DNA of 64,000 nt from Auanema rhodensis (lineage: Eukaryota; Animalia; Nematoda). The DNA is taken from positions 14,756,001 through 14,820,000 of the forward strand of contig OZ059899.1 in assembly GCA_964057225.1 (NCBI GenBank), read 5' to 3'. The position numbers and the translations under genes were made by a program. Positions within the stretch are counted from its first letter, which is position 1. Each line of letters begins with the position of its first letter. The notes beneath the pieces were generated by a model. The model did not search any database. It was not told where the DNA came from and was given only the letters and a program-made list of their open reading frames with translations. Below are positions 11,601 to 25,300 of the stretch, in pieces.

Positions 11601-14600
11601 TATCCCAACTTTTCCTCTCAATATTCACCGACGATAAGGTACGTATAGAAGAACTTTCTGATTCAATTACATTCTTGTTCAGCTGTCTCATCTGTCCCAT
11701 AAGGTTCGACTGATAGCTCAAACACAAGTATATTCATACTCGATGAACACCAGGAATGATCGAACTATTTCACGAACACTGAGTGTACCCTTGCGGGTTC
11801 TCAAGTGGGGTGGTTTGCGGCCATTTTATCAAAAGTCAAAAATAATCAGGTAATAACATAACAGCAAATAATTGTTTGAGTACTTCTTTCAGACCTGACG
11901 AAGCATCAACTCTTACGGAGGATTTGATGGGACATACATTATCTTCTGAAGAGCTTAACAGTACTGATATGTTTGATTTAGGTAATTATCATGTTTAAAT
12001 ATATATATATATATATAATAGTACTGTTTTTCTAGAAGCTAAGTTCATAATTGACTTGTTAAATGATGTGCTGCAAAAGATAGCAGATGAAGGTCATATA
12101 TGCTCTTTACCTAAACGAGGAACTTTAATAAGGTATTTTTTTTCCATTGTGAAGAAAGTAATTGTGAAATGTAGACATGACGCAGTACCAGCTACGTCTT
12201 TGTTGATATTAGCTATTGTTCTCATGGCTCAACTTTATCCAACAAAGCTGTATCCTACCGTAGTCGGTCTAATAGATATGGTAGATTGGAAGAACCCTTC
12301 ATCGGAAGTCAATGAAGAAAACTACAGGTAGTACTGTATTTCGCTCATCTTCTTGATACGATTTTGCAGGCAATTTCTACTGGTTCGACTCATCTCAGTT
12401 CTGCTTACTAAATGTGGGGAACATATTGAAAACAGAAAAAAGACTGATAAAGATGGTACTTTTAGATGCTCCTGAATAGATAATTATTTGAATACTGTTC
12501 TAGATAAGAAAATTAAATCTGCCATTGACGATTCAGTAACAATGACTCTCTCATCACCTGGAACACCCTGTCCTGAGTTGAAACATGATCTCGATGATAA
12601 AGCTGAGCAAGAAGACCGCGCTGCGAATAAACGACGATCTACCGAAAGATTATTAGATCAAGTATTGTGCTTAATGAGTTTTTGTTTTTCAATCAGCTTT
12701 CAAGATTGCAACACAACTGTACAGTGTTGGAGCTTTGGAATATTGTCTCGGAATAGTGAAATCTCTCATTCCATATTGGAGGGTAACCGTGAAGGAAACT
12801 AAAATTGTTTCGAAGCTGTGGACTCGTGATCGCAGCCCATTCATCACCGATTTGGCAACACTGAATGGAATAAATTGTATTTCTCTCAAATCCTGCTTTT
12901 ATTAAAAAGGATTTTTCAGATGGCAAACACGGAGCTATGGATGCTGTTGAACATTTTTATGCTATGATCACTGATGTAGCTTTACGTCTTCCCTATCAAA
13001 TGAAGAAAATAAGCAAAAATGTTGAATTCAGTTACGAATGGGTATTAGCTTTATGTGAAGTATGTTAACAACTTTTTTTCGGATCTTACTGAATTATATT
13101 TCAGCTTGTTACTTTCCATCAAGCATCTCAAGTGAGACGACAGAGTAAGAAATTACTGATTGCTCTGTGCAACGGAGACAAGCAGGAATATCGAACTGTT
13201 CGTGATCGTCATCTCATGCTGAATAACATGGAATTATTGAAGAAAAAAATATCACAGAGTTCTAATGGGTTTGAATTTGTAGCATCTGGCACCTATTCAT
13301 TTTTGAGTTCCAGCGCTTTGTCTCATCAACATCTCACAGAGGTTATGGAATTGGTTACTTTCTTGAAATCAGGCGCAACTGATAGGCCAAGTATGTGGAG
13401 GGAGATATGTGAAAAACAAGTTTGCATTTTTATATGAAACATTGACCATAGGTATATATATTCAGATGAATTGGCTAATGCAACTTGCCTGCCGACTCTC
13501 CGGCCCAGTTTCTACCCAAATTCTTGAGCTTTTGGTGTTAGCTATCCGTGATTCAACCGATTCTGAAAAAAATTTAGCTGATATGTATGAAAGCCTTTTC
13601 TTCATTTTTTTGACTCTTGTATTTGAGGTTAATGACTGATGCCGACAGTCGAGGTCTTTTGAAAATGCTCTTGGTTCGGTATCTAATTGGAAAAGAAGAT
13701 GTCGGAAGATGGCAACTTCATGGTATGATGAGATCAACAATTCAATTAGCTACAAGACAAAACCAGGTAACATATTGTTGTCCATCTAATTCATATTCAT
13801 ATATTTTTGAAGATTGTTTTGATCCGTATTCTTCTCAATGAGCTTTGGCCGTTAGCTCGTGGACTTGGTTCTCATGGGTCGCAATTAGCTGACTTGATCG
13901 CTTGTTACGCTCCTCGTCTACTTAATCCATCTGAACTTCTTGGAGTGTACCAAACGGAAGTTACTGCTATCAACGATCTAATGAAGAAGTAAATCTTTGC
14001 TTAATTTAGTTAATGTTTTATCCAAATTCTTCAGAATCGAAAGAGAAGGTCACGCTGATACATACAAATATACTACAGGACTTGGACTAGGATGGAAGTT
14101 TATGTTGATGGTTCACAGTCCTTGTTTAAATTGTTTCAGTAGAAAGGTATTTTTTAAAAATTGGTCATTGAGTCATTTAAGTATATCGTTTTAGGAAACT
14201 CATGAAAGTATGAAATTGAGCAACATCAAATTAGATGCTCGATTTTCCTCCAATGCTATGATGATTAAACTTCTAGCATATTATGAAATTAGTAAAGTTG
14301 TTATCAAGCTCTCAGAAGTAAAAAGAAATAAGATTGTGAAGTGGGAAATGAAGTTCTATAGTTCTAAACATAATATTGATATATTTAGGAGGGTGAACTT
14401 GTTTTACTGCCCCAAGATGGTCGAATCGCCTATCGAATTGAAAACAAATCCAAAACTGTGGCAGAAGGCTGGAACAGCTGTGGTATTTTTTTGTTTTCAA
14501 TCTACATTTTTTACTGTTTATCTCAGGGAACCAACGGAGAAGGAGAGATCGTTATTTCTTTGTCATTGCCCATTGTGGCATCATCACTGGTTATTCAGTT

Positions 14601-17600
14601 TTCAGAAATAACTGTGTCATCGCAAGATAATGATTTACATTGCCCCAGGTGATATTACTCATAGATTTATTCATCTTTGTATTTCAATTTCAGGTGCTCT
14701 AATGTTGTACCTCCCAATCCCGGTGTTTGTGAAAACTGTGGTGAAAACGCTTTTCAATGTGTGAAATGCCGAGCAATCAATTACGATGAAAGAGTTAGAC
14801 TTTAACGGTGTTGTTGTATGATTTTAATCTTATATAGGACCCATTCTTGTGTCAATCATGTGGTTACTGTAAGTATGCTAGGATGGACGTATCAGTGGCA
14901 TGCCGATCTTTACCAGGTGTTCAAACTATTGGTTCAGATGCTGAAAGGAGCAATGTAAGTGACGCATTAGCATTTTTCAAAGAGAATCATGAAAGTTGCT
15001 TGTAGTTTTGAAACGTTAAAGGTTTTTCAAATTATTCATTAATTTTCAGGCAGTGGAAATGATGTCTCGCCTACTTATCGACATCGAGTTATCGAAATCT
15101 CAACTTCATTATGGCAGGTCTCTGTGCGAAGCTTTATCTATTCAAGTTAGATCATTGCCTGTTATGGATTTCCATACGGAGAATATTGATAAGCTGGATG
15201 CTTTATTAGCAAGTGTTCCGCAATTAGCGCCATCTCAAGTATTTTAAAAACTACTGTATCAACTTGTTATTTTACATGCTTTTAGCATTCATTTTATGGA
15301 ATATTGCAAGTTCTAAACTTCTGTAAAAATGCTCATGAAGATCTTTGCACACAAACACAACAACTTATCGCTTATCGAGAAGAGCTCAGGAGATATGATC
15401 ATGCAACTTCTGGAACACCTATGCTTCTACACCAAGCTATAAACCCCGGTTTCTATAGTAGAAGGTTTTCTATTTCAATAATTGGTGATTAACGTAGTAT
15501 TGGATTTTCAGTAGTCAGTGCTTTGGATGTATCTGTGCATGTGTTCTACATTCTATGGCCATTCTTCAAGGAATTGCGGAAGACGCTTTATGTGCCAGTG
15601 CAATCCTCTCGGATCAAGATTCTTTCAGAAAACTAGTGAAACTTGGGCAAACTTACGATCCTTTAACTCGCCACTCAGATGAATTTGTTCTCAGGCTAGC
15701 TTTTGAAAATGAATTAGGAGCACAACGGTTTGTTTATTTCGTTCTATTAGGTTTCGTACTGAATGTAGTTTAGCCTGTGCGAGCTCACCATGGAAGGTAT
15801 CATTCGGCCGCAAACATTAGCAAAATCCATATTAGACTATCTTGATCAATTTTGGCAGATGAAATTGAAAGCATTGATTAAAGTATTCGGTTTAGTCGTA
15901 TGGGAACTAACTTTTTTTATTAACAGTTTGCCATAAAATCTGGCTCTGAGGATGCTACTTTGAGTTTTTTAATGCTAATGGATAAATTATTGCAAGATGG
16001 AAAAACACTTCGAAGAAAAATATACCGAAGAAGATTAGATTTCTTAGCTCAACGAAAGTCAGAAGCTGTAAGTTTGACTTCTTCGCTTATCCATTAATCA
16101 TTTTTTGTTATAGAAAGATATCACCCGGTTGCACCGAACAGTTTTGATTAAGAATGAGAGCATGAATATGAGTAAGAAATGTCAAAACTGGTTGGAGAGC
16201 GATAAACGTTGGAAAACTTTGGAAAGTGATCTAACAAGTGTATCTTCTGATCTTCTGAAGGTGTGTTAGATGTTTATTAGTGATTCTTATTCAAATTTAG
16301 GAACACGAGTCGTGGTTCTGGTCTGCTGTTTTCTCTCCAAAGATTGCTGTAAGAGCAGCAGCATCAAAGATAATTTATACTCTGTCACGACAACCGGTTA
16401 AAATTCACAACTTTGATTTGGTAGTTTATTTATCATATTTTCAGGGTCACCTTGGGATCAGTATTTGTATGTTGTTGAGAGGCCTTTCATATGTTTCCTC
16501 AATACCTGCACACATGACAGATCATTTCTTCCGATATTCAGAGTTGATTATTCAACAATCACAACAAGTTAGAATCCGACTATTCATGTACGGCTTCCAC
16601 TTATCTATTATGGATGAGATTTATAAGGAGTGCAAAAAAATGTATGATGAAGAAGAACAAGAGACAAGTATGGATCTTGACTTTGGCTTGTTACTCCGGA
16701 GTTACACAGGTAAAGAAACCAACTTGACATTTTTTCACACATTAATCTGTTTTAGAATTGTTCTGTAACATGTTATCTGGAAATTATATTGAACAAGCTT
16801 TGCTGAATTCCGCTCGTGATCACATCCTGTCTCCGCTTTTACAATCAACTATATTCTTGAAAAGGTATTATTATTAGTTCTGATAGATATGTAATAATAA
16901 TGGAATTGTTTCAGAGTGGTATTCCGAAGAACTCGTGCATTAGACAGTGCTCGTTTTGCATTGGAGGCTTTATTAAAACGAATGGTTGTGAAAGAACCTG
17001 TTGTGCTATTGAAGACTGCTGTCGAATCCTTAGGTTCTGAAGTTTTGGATTGCTATACTCAGGTAAATACTACATTATGATTGTAAATAATCCTTTCTCA
17101 GGCCCAAGTTGTTTCCCTCATTATGGACGTTTTAAATCCGGAGCAACAAAAGGAAGAAGATTTTCAGATCACTATAGAGAAAGATCCAGCTCAAGAAGAT
17201 TTCTTGCAAGGAAGAATGACGGGCAATCCGTATAAGGTATATTCTTGTAGGTATTAGGTTCATCAAATAATTTTTTTAGTCTTCTGATCCTGGACTTGGT
17301 CCCCTTATGAGAGATATTAAGAATAAAATTTGTCGTGATACTGAAATGGTCGCTTTATTAGAAGATGATAATGGAATGGAGGTTGCTTTATTTTGTCACT
17401 GTGATAATAATATATTATTTTTCAGCTCCTGGTTAATAATCAAATAATTTCGTTATCGTTGCCAGTCGCTGCTGTGTATGAAAAATTGTGGCGAAAGTCT
17501 CATCCAAGCCAGCCTTTAATAATTATATATCGAATGAGAGGTTTATTAGGAGATGCCGTTGAGCCGTTTGTGAATTCATTGAATGATGAAAAAGGTATTC

Positions 17601-20216
17601 TATTCAATTACAATTCTTTTATGTTCACAATTTTCCTATTCAGAAGAAGAGCATTCTGATGCCAATGCTTCAACAGTTGTGGAAGCGTTCATAGAATGTG
17701 GCGGAGTTGTTATTTCTAATGCATTGATTTCTAACTGTAATGTTTCTACTGGCGGAAGGTTAGTAAAAAATAAGTTACTTTTTTTTAAAGGAAAATTGAT
17801 ACAGACTTTTACTTACGAATTTGAAACGGCTTTATGAGTGTATAGCTAAATCCGGACAAGGTAGACAACAACTTGTCAAATCTGGAGCAATAGCTACTTT
17901 TATGAAGGTTCGTTATTACGAAAATATAAGCATATTATGTTTTTTGAGGTCGTGAAACTCTGTGTAGATGGACATAGTAAAGATGAAAGCATACTAAATA
18001 TTGGTTTAGAATATCTTGGTTTAATGAAAACGCTGTCTTCTGATGCAAATTGCCATGCGGTATTGTTTCTAATAGTTATATTTATGCAAGAGCATTTTTT
18101 AGTATTTGGGTGATTTGAATGAAGCCGATACTAAATGGTTAGTCGATATGACTATGCGTAGGAAACAAAGAGAATCCGGACAATTTCCTGACGAATGGAA
18201 ACAATTCCACCTTCATCTCATACCTTTGTTGGGAAACTTGGTACTTGGAAGCGATGAATCTGAGAAGGTTTTGGTGGATGAATGCAAAAAAACATTGAAC
18301 TGGGTCGGAATTGATGAAACGCAAACAGCAGCAGATACAACATCTAATCGAGCAGTAGCTATGTTTGATGTTGAAGTATTGGCTAAAGTAATAGAATGCA
18401 TTTTACCATCTGAACACGGTAAACGTATGAAATCTAAAATTCTGGAGTCTGGTGTTGTTGGAAGTGTAAGAAATTGTTTGGTATACATAATTAAAACAAC
18501 CAAAATGTTATAGGCATGTGAGCATTTACTTGATAGTCATCCCCCTCTATATTCCGCAACAGAATCAGTAGAATGGAAAACATTTTTGGTTAAACCTTCC
18601 TTGCGTTTACTGCTGCAATTTATGTCTAGTATGGCAAGACATCACGACCCAACACAGTTGGCAATATCTGAGAAATCATTGCATATATTACATCGACTAG
18701 AACAGGTATAATAACAATTGGTAATGAACTGTTATACTTATTCCCAAACTAGGTTGCATCTGACAACTCAATTGGAACATTAGCAGAAAACGTAGTTGAA
18801 GCTCTGAAAGAGAATAGCGAAGTAACCACTTTCACATAACTCAGGTGTTATTTCTTATTTGAAGGTTGCTGCCAAGATTGAAGCTGTTAGATTAGAAACT
18901 AAGCAGAAAAAAAGACAAATGGCTATGGCTATGAGAAACAAACAGCTTAGTAAAATGGGAATGCAAATTGGTAAATCTGGAGAAGTTATGGTTAGTTATA
19001 TGATATGGGTCTGTAATCCATTTCTCAATTAGGTGGCTGCTCGAAAAATTGCTAATGAGCCAATTCTTGACGAAGTTTCTGATCCACTCTCTGCATGTTG
19101 TATATGCCGAGAACCGGTATTAACGGGTGAAAAAGTTGCTGCCGCATATGCTTTTGCAATGTGTATTTCGGCCGAAAGCGTGGCTTCAACTCACTCCACT
19201 GTCAGTCAGATGGTTTTAGTACACATTGATTGCCATCAAGGAGCCATAAGAAGAGTTGGTGGTCCTCGCAATACCGATGAATGGTCAAAGGTATGACAAT
19301 ATGGATTATATATTTCACATCTTTATACACTCCAGGCTTCTCTTCACAATGCTGGCGCTAAATGTAACTGTATGACTCCAATCGCAACTGCTGCGGGAGT
19401 TGCTTCTAAAGAATGGGAATATGCATTAGCAAGATTCCAGGATGATTTAGAAGAATTTGCGCCAATATCTATCGCACGTTCGAATGTTTTTCTGGATATG
19501 TGCATTCTGATCGACAGGTTTATTACCTTTGGGTATGTGTATCCTCCAAAATGTAAATGTATTGTAACCGTTTGAGATCATTTTCTGAGAAATCACAAGG
19601 TGGAGGAAGAGAGTCCAATGCTCAGTACTTGGCTATACTGCACTTACTGGCATGCACGTTGCCAACTGAAGAACTTTCAACTGTCTCACCTCGGTGGAGA
19701 TTATATAGTTTTCTAATGACAGAATTGTCATTAGAAAGTTGGAATGAGCAACGAGCAGATGTAAGTTATTTATATTTATGTAGCATTTCATAGTTCCCCT
19801 TCAGATATTACGTGCTGCTTTGGAAGACGCTATAACCAGTTGTGATCGTTCCTGGTCGGCATTACGAGAAATATGCTTATCATGGGCTTTTGTAGATGGT
19901 TATTTCCAAAAGGTTATACCGGTAAGTTTATATTCATCATAGACCACATTAAGGAGTTGTAGACGCAAAGAATGGTTGCTTTTTAGATTTCTGATGCTGA
20001 TAGAACTGATTGGTTACGTACTCATATATTAGAGACTTTCCAAAAGACCTTAGTTTTTGTAAATTGGTTTGACGGTGACGTATCAAAACAAGAAGATTCA
20101 AAATCCTTTGCCGAATTATTAGGTATGATCTCTTAGGCATTTATTTTTAATATGATTTCCTTTCAGAACTAGACTACCAGGATTTTGATGCCTTTTTCAC
20201 CTCCGATGAGAACTAA
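2665..20216 (+). CDS. ubr-4: UBR4/p600/pushover-like giant E3 ubiquitin ligase, dozens of short introns; exact 5' end uncertain (2665 or 3189)
   Basis: UBR box at ~8035-8320 ([44 protein letters not shown]); Cys-rich LHCPRC...[21 protein letters not shown]; [50 protein letters not shown] and [14 protein letters not shown] motifs; stop TAA at 20214-20216. Confidence 0.93.
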
Positions 20217-20538
20217 TACAAGTATAATTGTAAATTTGCAAATAACCGAAGTATAATTTGTTAACTGTTCATAATTATTATTTATTTATTTGTGATGTTT
20301 GAAATTTGTAAAATTTGAATATAATCCCTAGGTGTGACAAAATGTAAATAAAACTTCGATTTTTATAAATTTTTCTTCTACCAAAGAGTACATGAAAGAG
20401 AATTTCCAAATTTTTCAGAAAAGTACGCGTAGTGTCGTAATCATTTCTAGATTACGGTAAAAATTTACCGCGAAATTATTTCTTTCGAATGCGCCTGCTG
20501 AAACTAGAACAGTCTATAATTGAGTATCGACTGCGAAG

Positions 20539-21896
20539 ATGAGTGACGGCAAGCTTAAGGGAAAGTACGCCCTTTTCTGTTCTGTTCCTGATGACACTCC
20601 ATTTGAGAAACTAAGGTGATTGCTTTTACATGAGATTTACATTTTGTATTTGAATATATAGTGAATTTTCTCAATGGTTCCTTTCCAATGTTACAAAAGA
20701 AGCTGTTTCTATTGGAATGTACTATGATTTTGAAGATGCTCCTACTATTGTTACACGAATTTTACCAGGTGATTTAGAAGGTTGTGTGACCGCATATGAG
20801 AAACTTCACAAGGTATATCACATTATGAAATAGAAGCTACCCATGTGTTTAGGAGTATCCTTCGGTCCAATTAGTTCTCCACATTTTACCGGGTTGTAAT
20901 TCGCTTGAACATGACTGGATGAAAGCGTTGGCAGCTCGGTACGGTGTAGTGAGGCAGGGTGTTTTACTCGAAAATGCATTAAATCATTTCGAAAATGCTG
21001 AAGATCTCAGAACAGTTTTTCGGTAGCGCTTTCAAAATATTTCCCACAAAACTAATTAAATTTAGAAATGTGTCTCAATGGTTCTCTAGAGCTTTGCATA
21101 ACTTGTGGAGTTCTAAAAACTTGTCAGTTCATTTTTCTTTCTTGTGTATTTTGAGTGAAACGTTTTAGAAGCGAGAGAGCTTTTGACATTCGTGTTGGCA
21201 ATTCCACTCCTTGTTCTAATACTAAATCTTACAATCCTCACGTTATCCAGTCAGCTGTAACTCTTGCACTTCATGGATCCGATCCATCAGGTATTTATTT
21301 ATATAATTTATGACCTTTCTTTATTTTTGCCATAACTTTCAGTATGTAGAGAAGAGTCGGCTGTTAAAGTCGAAGGATTTTCGAATGGATTGAATGAGTT
21401 TGGGGTTTCCCAGCTTTTCCAAAATCTCTGTGTGACGGGTGTTAGTTTTACGCCAAATGGTGCAATTGTAACATTTGTTAACAAGTTCCATGCATATCAA
21501 GCATGTGCTTTAAATAATTCTGTAAGTAATCTTATTTCAAAATATTTTATATTTATATATATATATAACTATGTTTATAACATGGAACCATTTCAATTTA
21601 AATTCGTAAAAAAATTTTGGTTTTGCTCATAACGAAGTCCTTCATCTCTATTTTCGGGTCGTGTGTATACATATCCATCGCTTTCGTTGTGCTACAACGA
21701 TTTAATCGGCATACCTAATAATTGCCGGGTGTAAACAAGATAGAAATACTCAATTCCGATCAGTTTTCTATAATTGGACTAATTAAAATAATTTCAGGCT
21801 CTGGATCGCATACATACGCTTCGCGTTCATCCATTATCTCAAGAAGTGTCGGCACAACTAGAAGTAACGGAGCGTCACCATGGATACGTTGCATAG
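20539..21896 (+). CDS. pid-3: PID-3/PICS-1-like protein (Argonaute MID-like domain + helix + RRM), PETISCO/PICS piRNA-processing complex subunit
   Basis: N-terminal QLVLHILPG...YGVVRQGV resembles an Ago MID domain; linker helix VIQSAVTLALHG; RRM VEGFSNGLNEFGVSQLFQNLCVTGV...VTFVNKFHAYQA|ALDRIHTLRV matches my recollection of C. elegans PID-3; stop TAG at 21894-21896. Confidence 0.8.
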
Positions 21897-22365
21897 GATT
21901 GCCACACATGCATTTTGTTCCTACTTCTTTTTTTTTCTCCGAGCTTGACGCTGTACACGTTACTATAATTTTCATGTTATGTGGTATATATAGTTCTCTT
22001 TTTGGATTTTGTTCATTTTGTTCTGGTCTAACATGATTACTTCTGATATTAACAGATCTCTGTTGTATTATGGACCTTCTTGTCATGATATGGCCTTTTG
22101 TTTATTGTCCTTTCAACAACTGATTTGAATTAAAAATTACCAAGCTTTGTCATTGCTGTTGTTTTTTCCCAGGGCATAAATTGAATAATTTCAAAATGCT
22201 GTTCGTTAGGCAAAAATAGGATTTTATCCGATATTCTTTAAGCTCACTCTCTTCCTTCTATTCCATCTTCATTCCCCCTCTCTTCTTTCTATCCCTCGAG
22301 CCTCGCCCCTCAGTTGTAACTACTGCTCATACGACTCCGCCCATTTCATTTCAGAGATCCTCGCC

Positions 22366-25300
22366 ATGCGGTGGTCACTACCGCTTTTTTTGGTTGCCAC
22401 AGTCATTTTTCCTAATGTGTCAGGACTAGCTGCTCGGAAGCCTTCAGAAATCGTGCTGAAACCTAGCCAATCATTTACCACACTTAATCATCCACTCAAA
22501 ACTGAGCCATTCACTCTGTGGTGCTCTCCAGATAATCCTCAGGTTACTATTAAAAAAGCTGCCTTTTATGTTTTGAAAAACAAGAAACGACTAGAAGCTA
22601 AAATAGATAGGAATAATGCTAGCTATATATTCAATCACCCAACAGTTGCCGATAGTGGTGCATATTCTTGTGAGTTGCAAACTTCAAACGGACATATCAC
22701 TGGTAAAATCAATGTATATGGTAAGTCAGTTTTAGTCTTTTTCGATAATCTTTAACCTCTTTCTCAATTTTTCTTCTTTTTGCTCATCATATCTTTTGTT
22801 TTTGCTTTCTAGTTAGGTATGAGTTGTATCGTATGTCGTGGTTTGTTCCACGCAGGCTAAACATCACCTGAGAAAAGCCACCTGTTACTACTGAGGTTGA
22901 TGAATGAACTTACATTGATAGGAAAATCTTTGTCTTCTTATTATTTTAAGACATTGCTTTCTATATTAATATTGCTAACTACTCATTGCTACTCTCATTG
23001 ATTGCATAATTAGCTCATTCGTTAAACATTTTAGGCTCAGAAGGTTTCATAGCCTTGCCATTCTGCAGCCTGGTATCTCGTTCAATCGTTTAAAAAATTC
23101 TCGAAAAACCGGAAGTTGTCTGTAGCCGGCTAGAATTCAACTCTGCAGAGAATCGTAGTTCCGATGCCCAAATTAGGGTTCGACTTGCTTCAAGCGGCAT
23201 ATTCACAAACTCGGCGACAGAAAAGCAGAATCTCTATACTGAGCTTGACATGCCCTTTGCCGAAGTGTTGGTCTTATCGCAGAACGAAAGAGGACCCTCT
23301 TGCCCCTCGGGGCTCAAACGTCATTGGAAGGTTGATTGAAATATGAGAAATGATGACATACTGAAAAGTTGAAGTCGGCTGTCAAATTGTCTTATTTGGA
23401 AACATGGGCAAAAACATCCAACTGACAACCAATCCATTTTTGAGTAACTTTTTGGAACTCTATTGCAATTATTCGACTAACTCTCGTGAATGTGATTTAC
23501 TTATGAATCATTGAGTTCTTTAAGTTATAACAAATTTTCTAAAGTTCCATTGTTCCGTAGGTCACATGTCGCTAGCTTGACTCAAAATCCACTGAATTCC
23601 CAGCTAAATCGGATTATATGCTGAAGAGTATTTCTAAGCTTCAGGGTACTTTTGACATTTCATCACATCCTACCTCAAATATATATATATATATATATAT
23701 CAATATATTAAAAATATTTTTCCCCTCCCTCCAGATATATCATCACAGATTCTGAGAAATTCTAGTAGTGAGCATAATCTGCATGTTGTGCTACAATTAA
23801 ATGCTAAATCTTTCAGTCTTAGAAGCTTGACACGGGCTTTAGCATAGCTCATGTATGTCGTTTTCTCAATTGATTTTTATGCTCAACTTCCAGGCAGAGT
23901 GTCATGGGTATACTACTCGTTTCCAGTACATACAAAGCCAGTGCAATACCTTTTCAAACTTTCTGAGCTTATTTAAACAATGCAAATCCGAACTTAAGTT
24001 GACAATAGAAGCTCAAAGAATTGCTGCTTGCTTACTATTGCGAATTCTTTAGCCCTTGAGGCTATTTAGTGAGTATCCTGTCAGTTTTTTTTTAGTTTTT
24101 ATTCGTTGATATCAGTTTGATTCTGCAGTAAGATCATAAAATGGTCCATCTGGAAGTCATCTGCTTACTCCTCTATTTTCCATCTGATATATGCAGGGAA
24201 GTTGATGATACAAAGCAGAACATCTAGCGATTTACTGGAAACAGAACGCAGACAGTTGACATCTAGCAATTTGAAGAGATGGATAAGCCAAAGGGCCGAT
24301 CTTTTAATAAATCTTCTTTTCAATACTACTCAATTACACTCATTATTGTCAAGGTGATATTTGTTTGTCAAAAACATAGCAGAGAGGCACAACTGACAAA
24401 AATCATTAAAATATTATCCGAACGGCTAACATTGATTGAAATGAGTCAAATGTCAAATGTGTCTGCGTTGATTTAAGTCCTAAGTCTCTTCTCACATTCT
24501 TCTGCTACTCTTAGCTCCCCCCATCCTTCATCTTCTCATATGCCTCCTTCTATTTCTTTTCTATATAGATAGATCCAATGGCAAATAGAGAATAAAGAAT
24601 AAATAAGATCAATTTTCTGATTCAAGATCATTTACAAAATATATTTAATAATAAGTAAAGTTGAAATAAAGCTGTAAAATAAATTCAAAACATTCAAAAA
24701 TGTGTCACGTTGAACACGTCTCAGTGCAGTGTCCACGTTAAAGTCCTCATATTCAAATTTTCATTTTAAATTGCATTAACGCAGTGAGCAGTTGCATTTT
24801 TCTGATTGTCATTGTTTTTATAACTCACCCAGCGGTTCTTACACCAAATATAATCGAAAGTTTGATTGCTTTATTACATTTTCTATTTTGCAGTTCGTCC
24901 CTTAGCTGCTTCAAATGATGAACATTTCAATGCTATTAAGGATTTCGAAGTATCTGCTCCAACTGTCCATGCAGTGGTAAGTTTCACATATTTTTTGTTA
25001 AAAATTTGTTCGAATTTATCGTATTAAAGAGCGGATCTGATGTTAATATAACATGCCCCGTATTAGCATATCCAACAGCTGCTATTATCTGGAAGCGGGA
25101 TAACAAGCCCATAGGTAATTTGAAGTTACAAGCATCTGACATATTTAGAGTTGTTTTGTTCTTCTTTCTCATAAAGTTGTGAACGCAATAATTTAAGTTA
25201 ATTTAGCTGAAAGCTAAACTCTAGAATAATTTATTATTCTCTTTAATATTTGATGTGTGAATAGAAGCATCGGATGCCATAATAGTAGTAGTGTTTTATA

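Noticed and set aside
23290-23322. Resemblance to the T7 terminator (CCCCTCGGGGCTCAAACG)
   Set aside because: Short partial match only, with no other vector sequence
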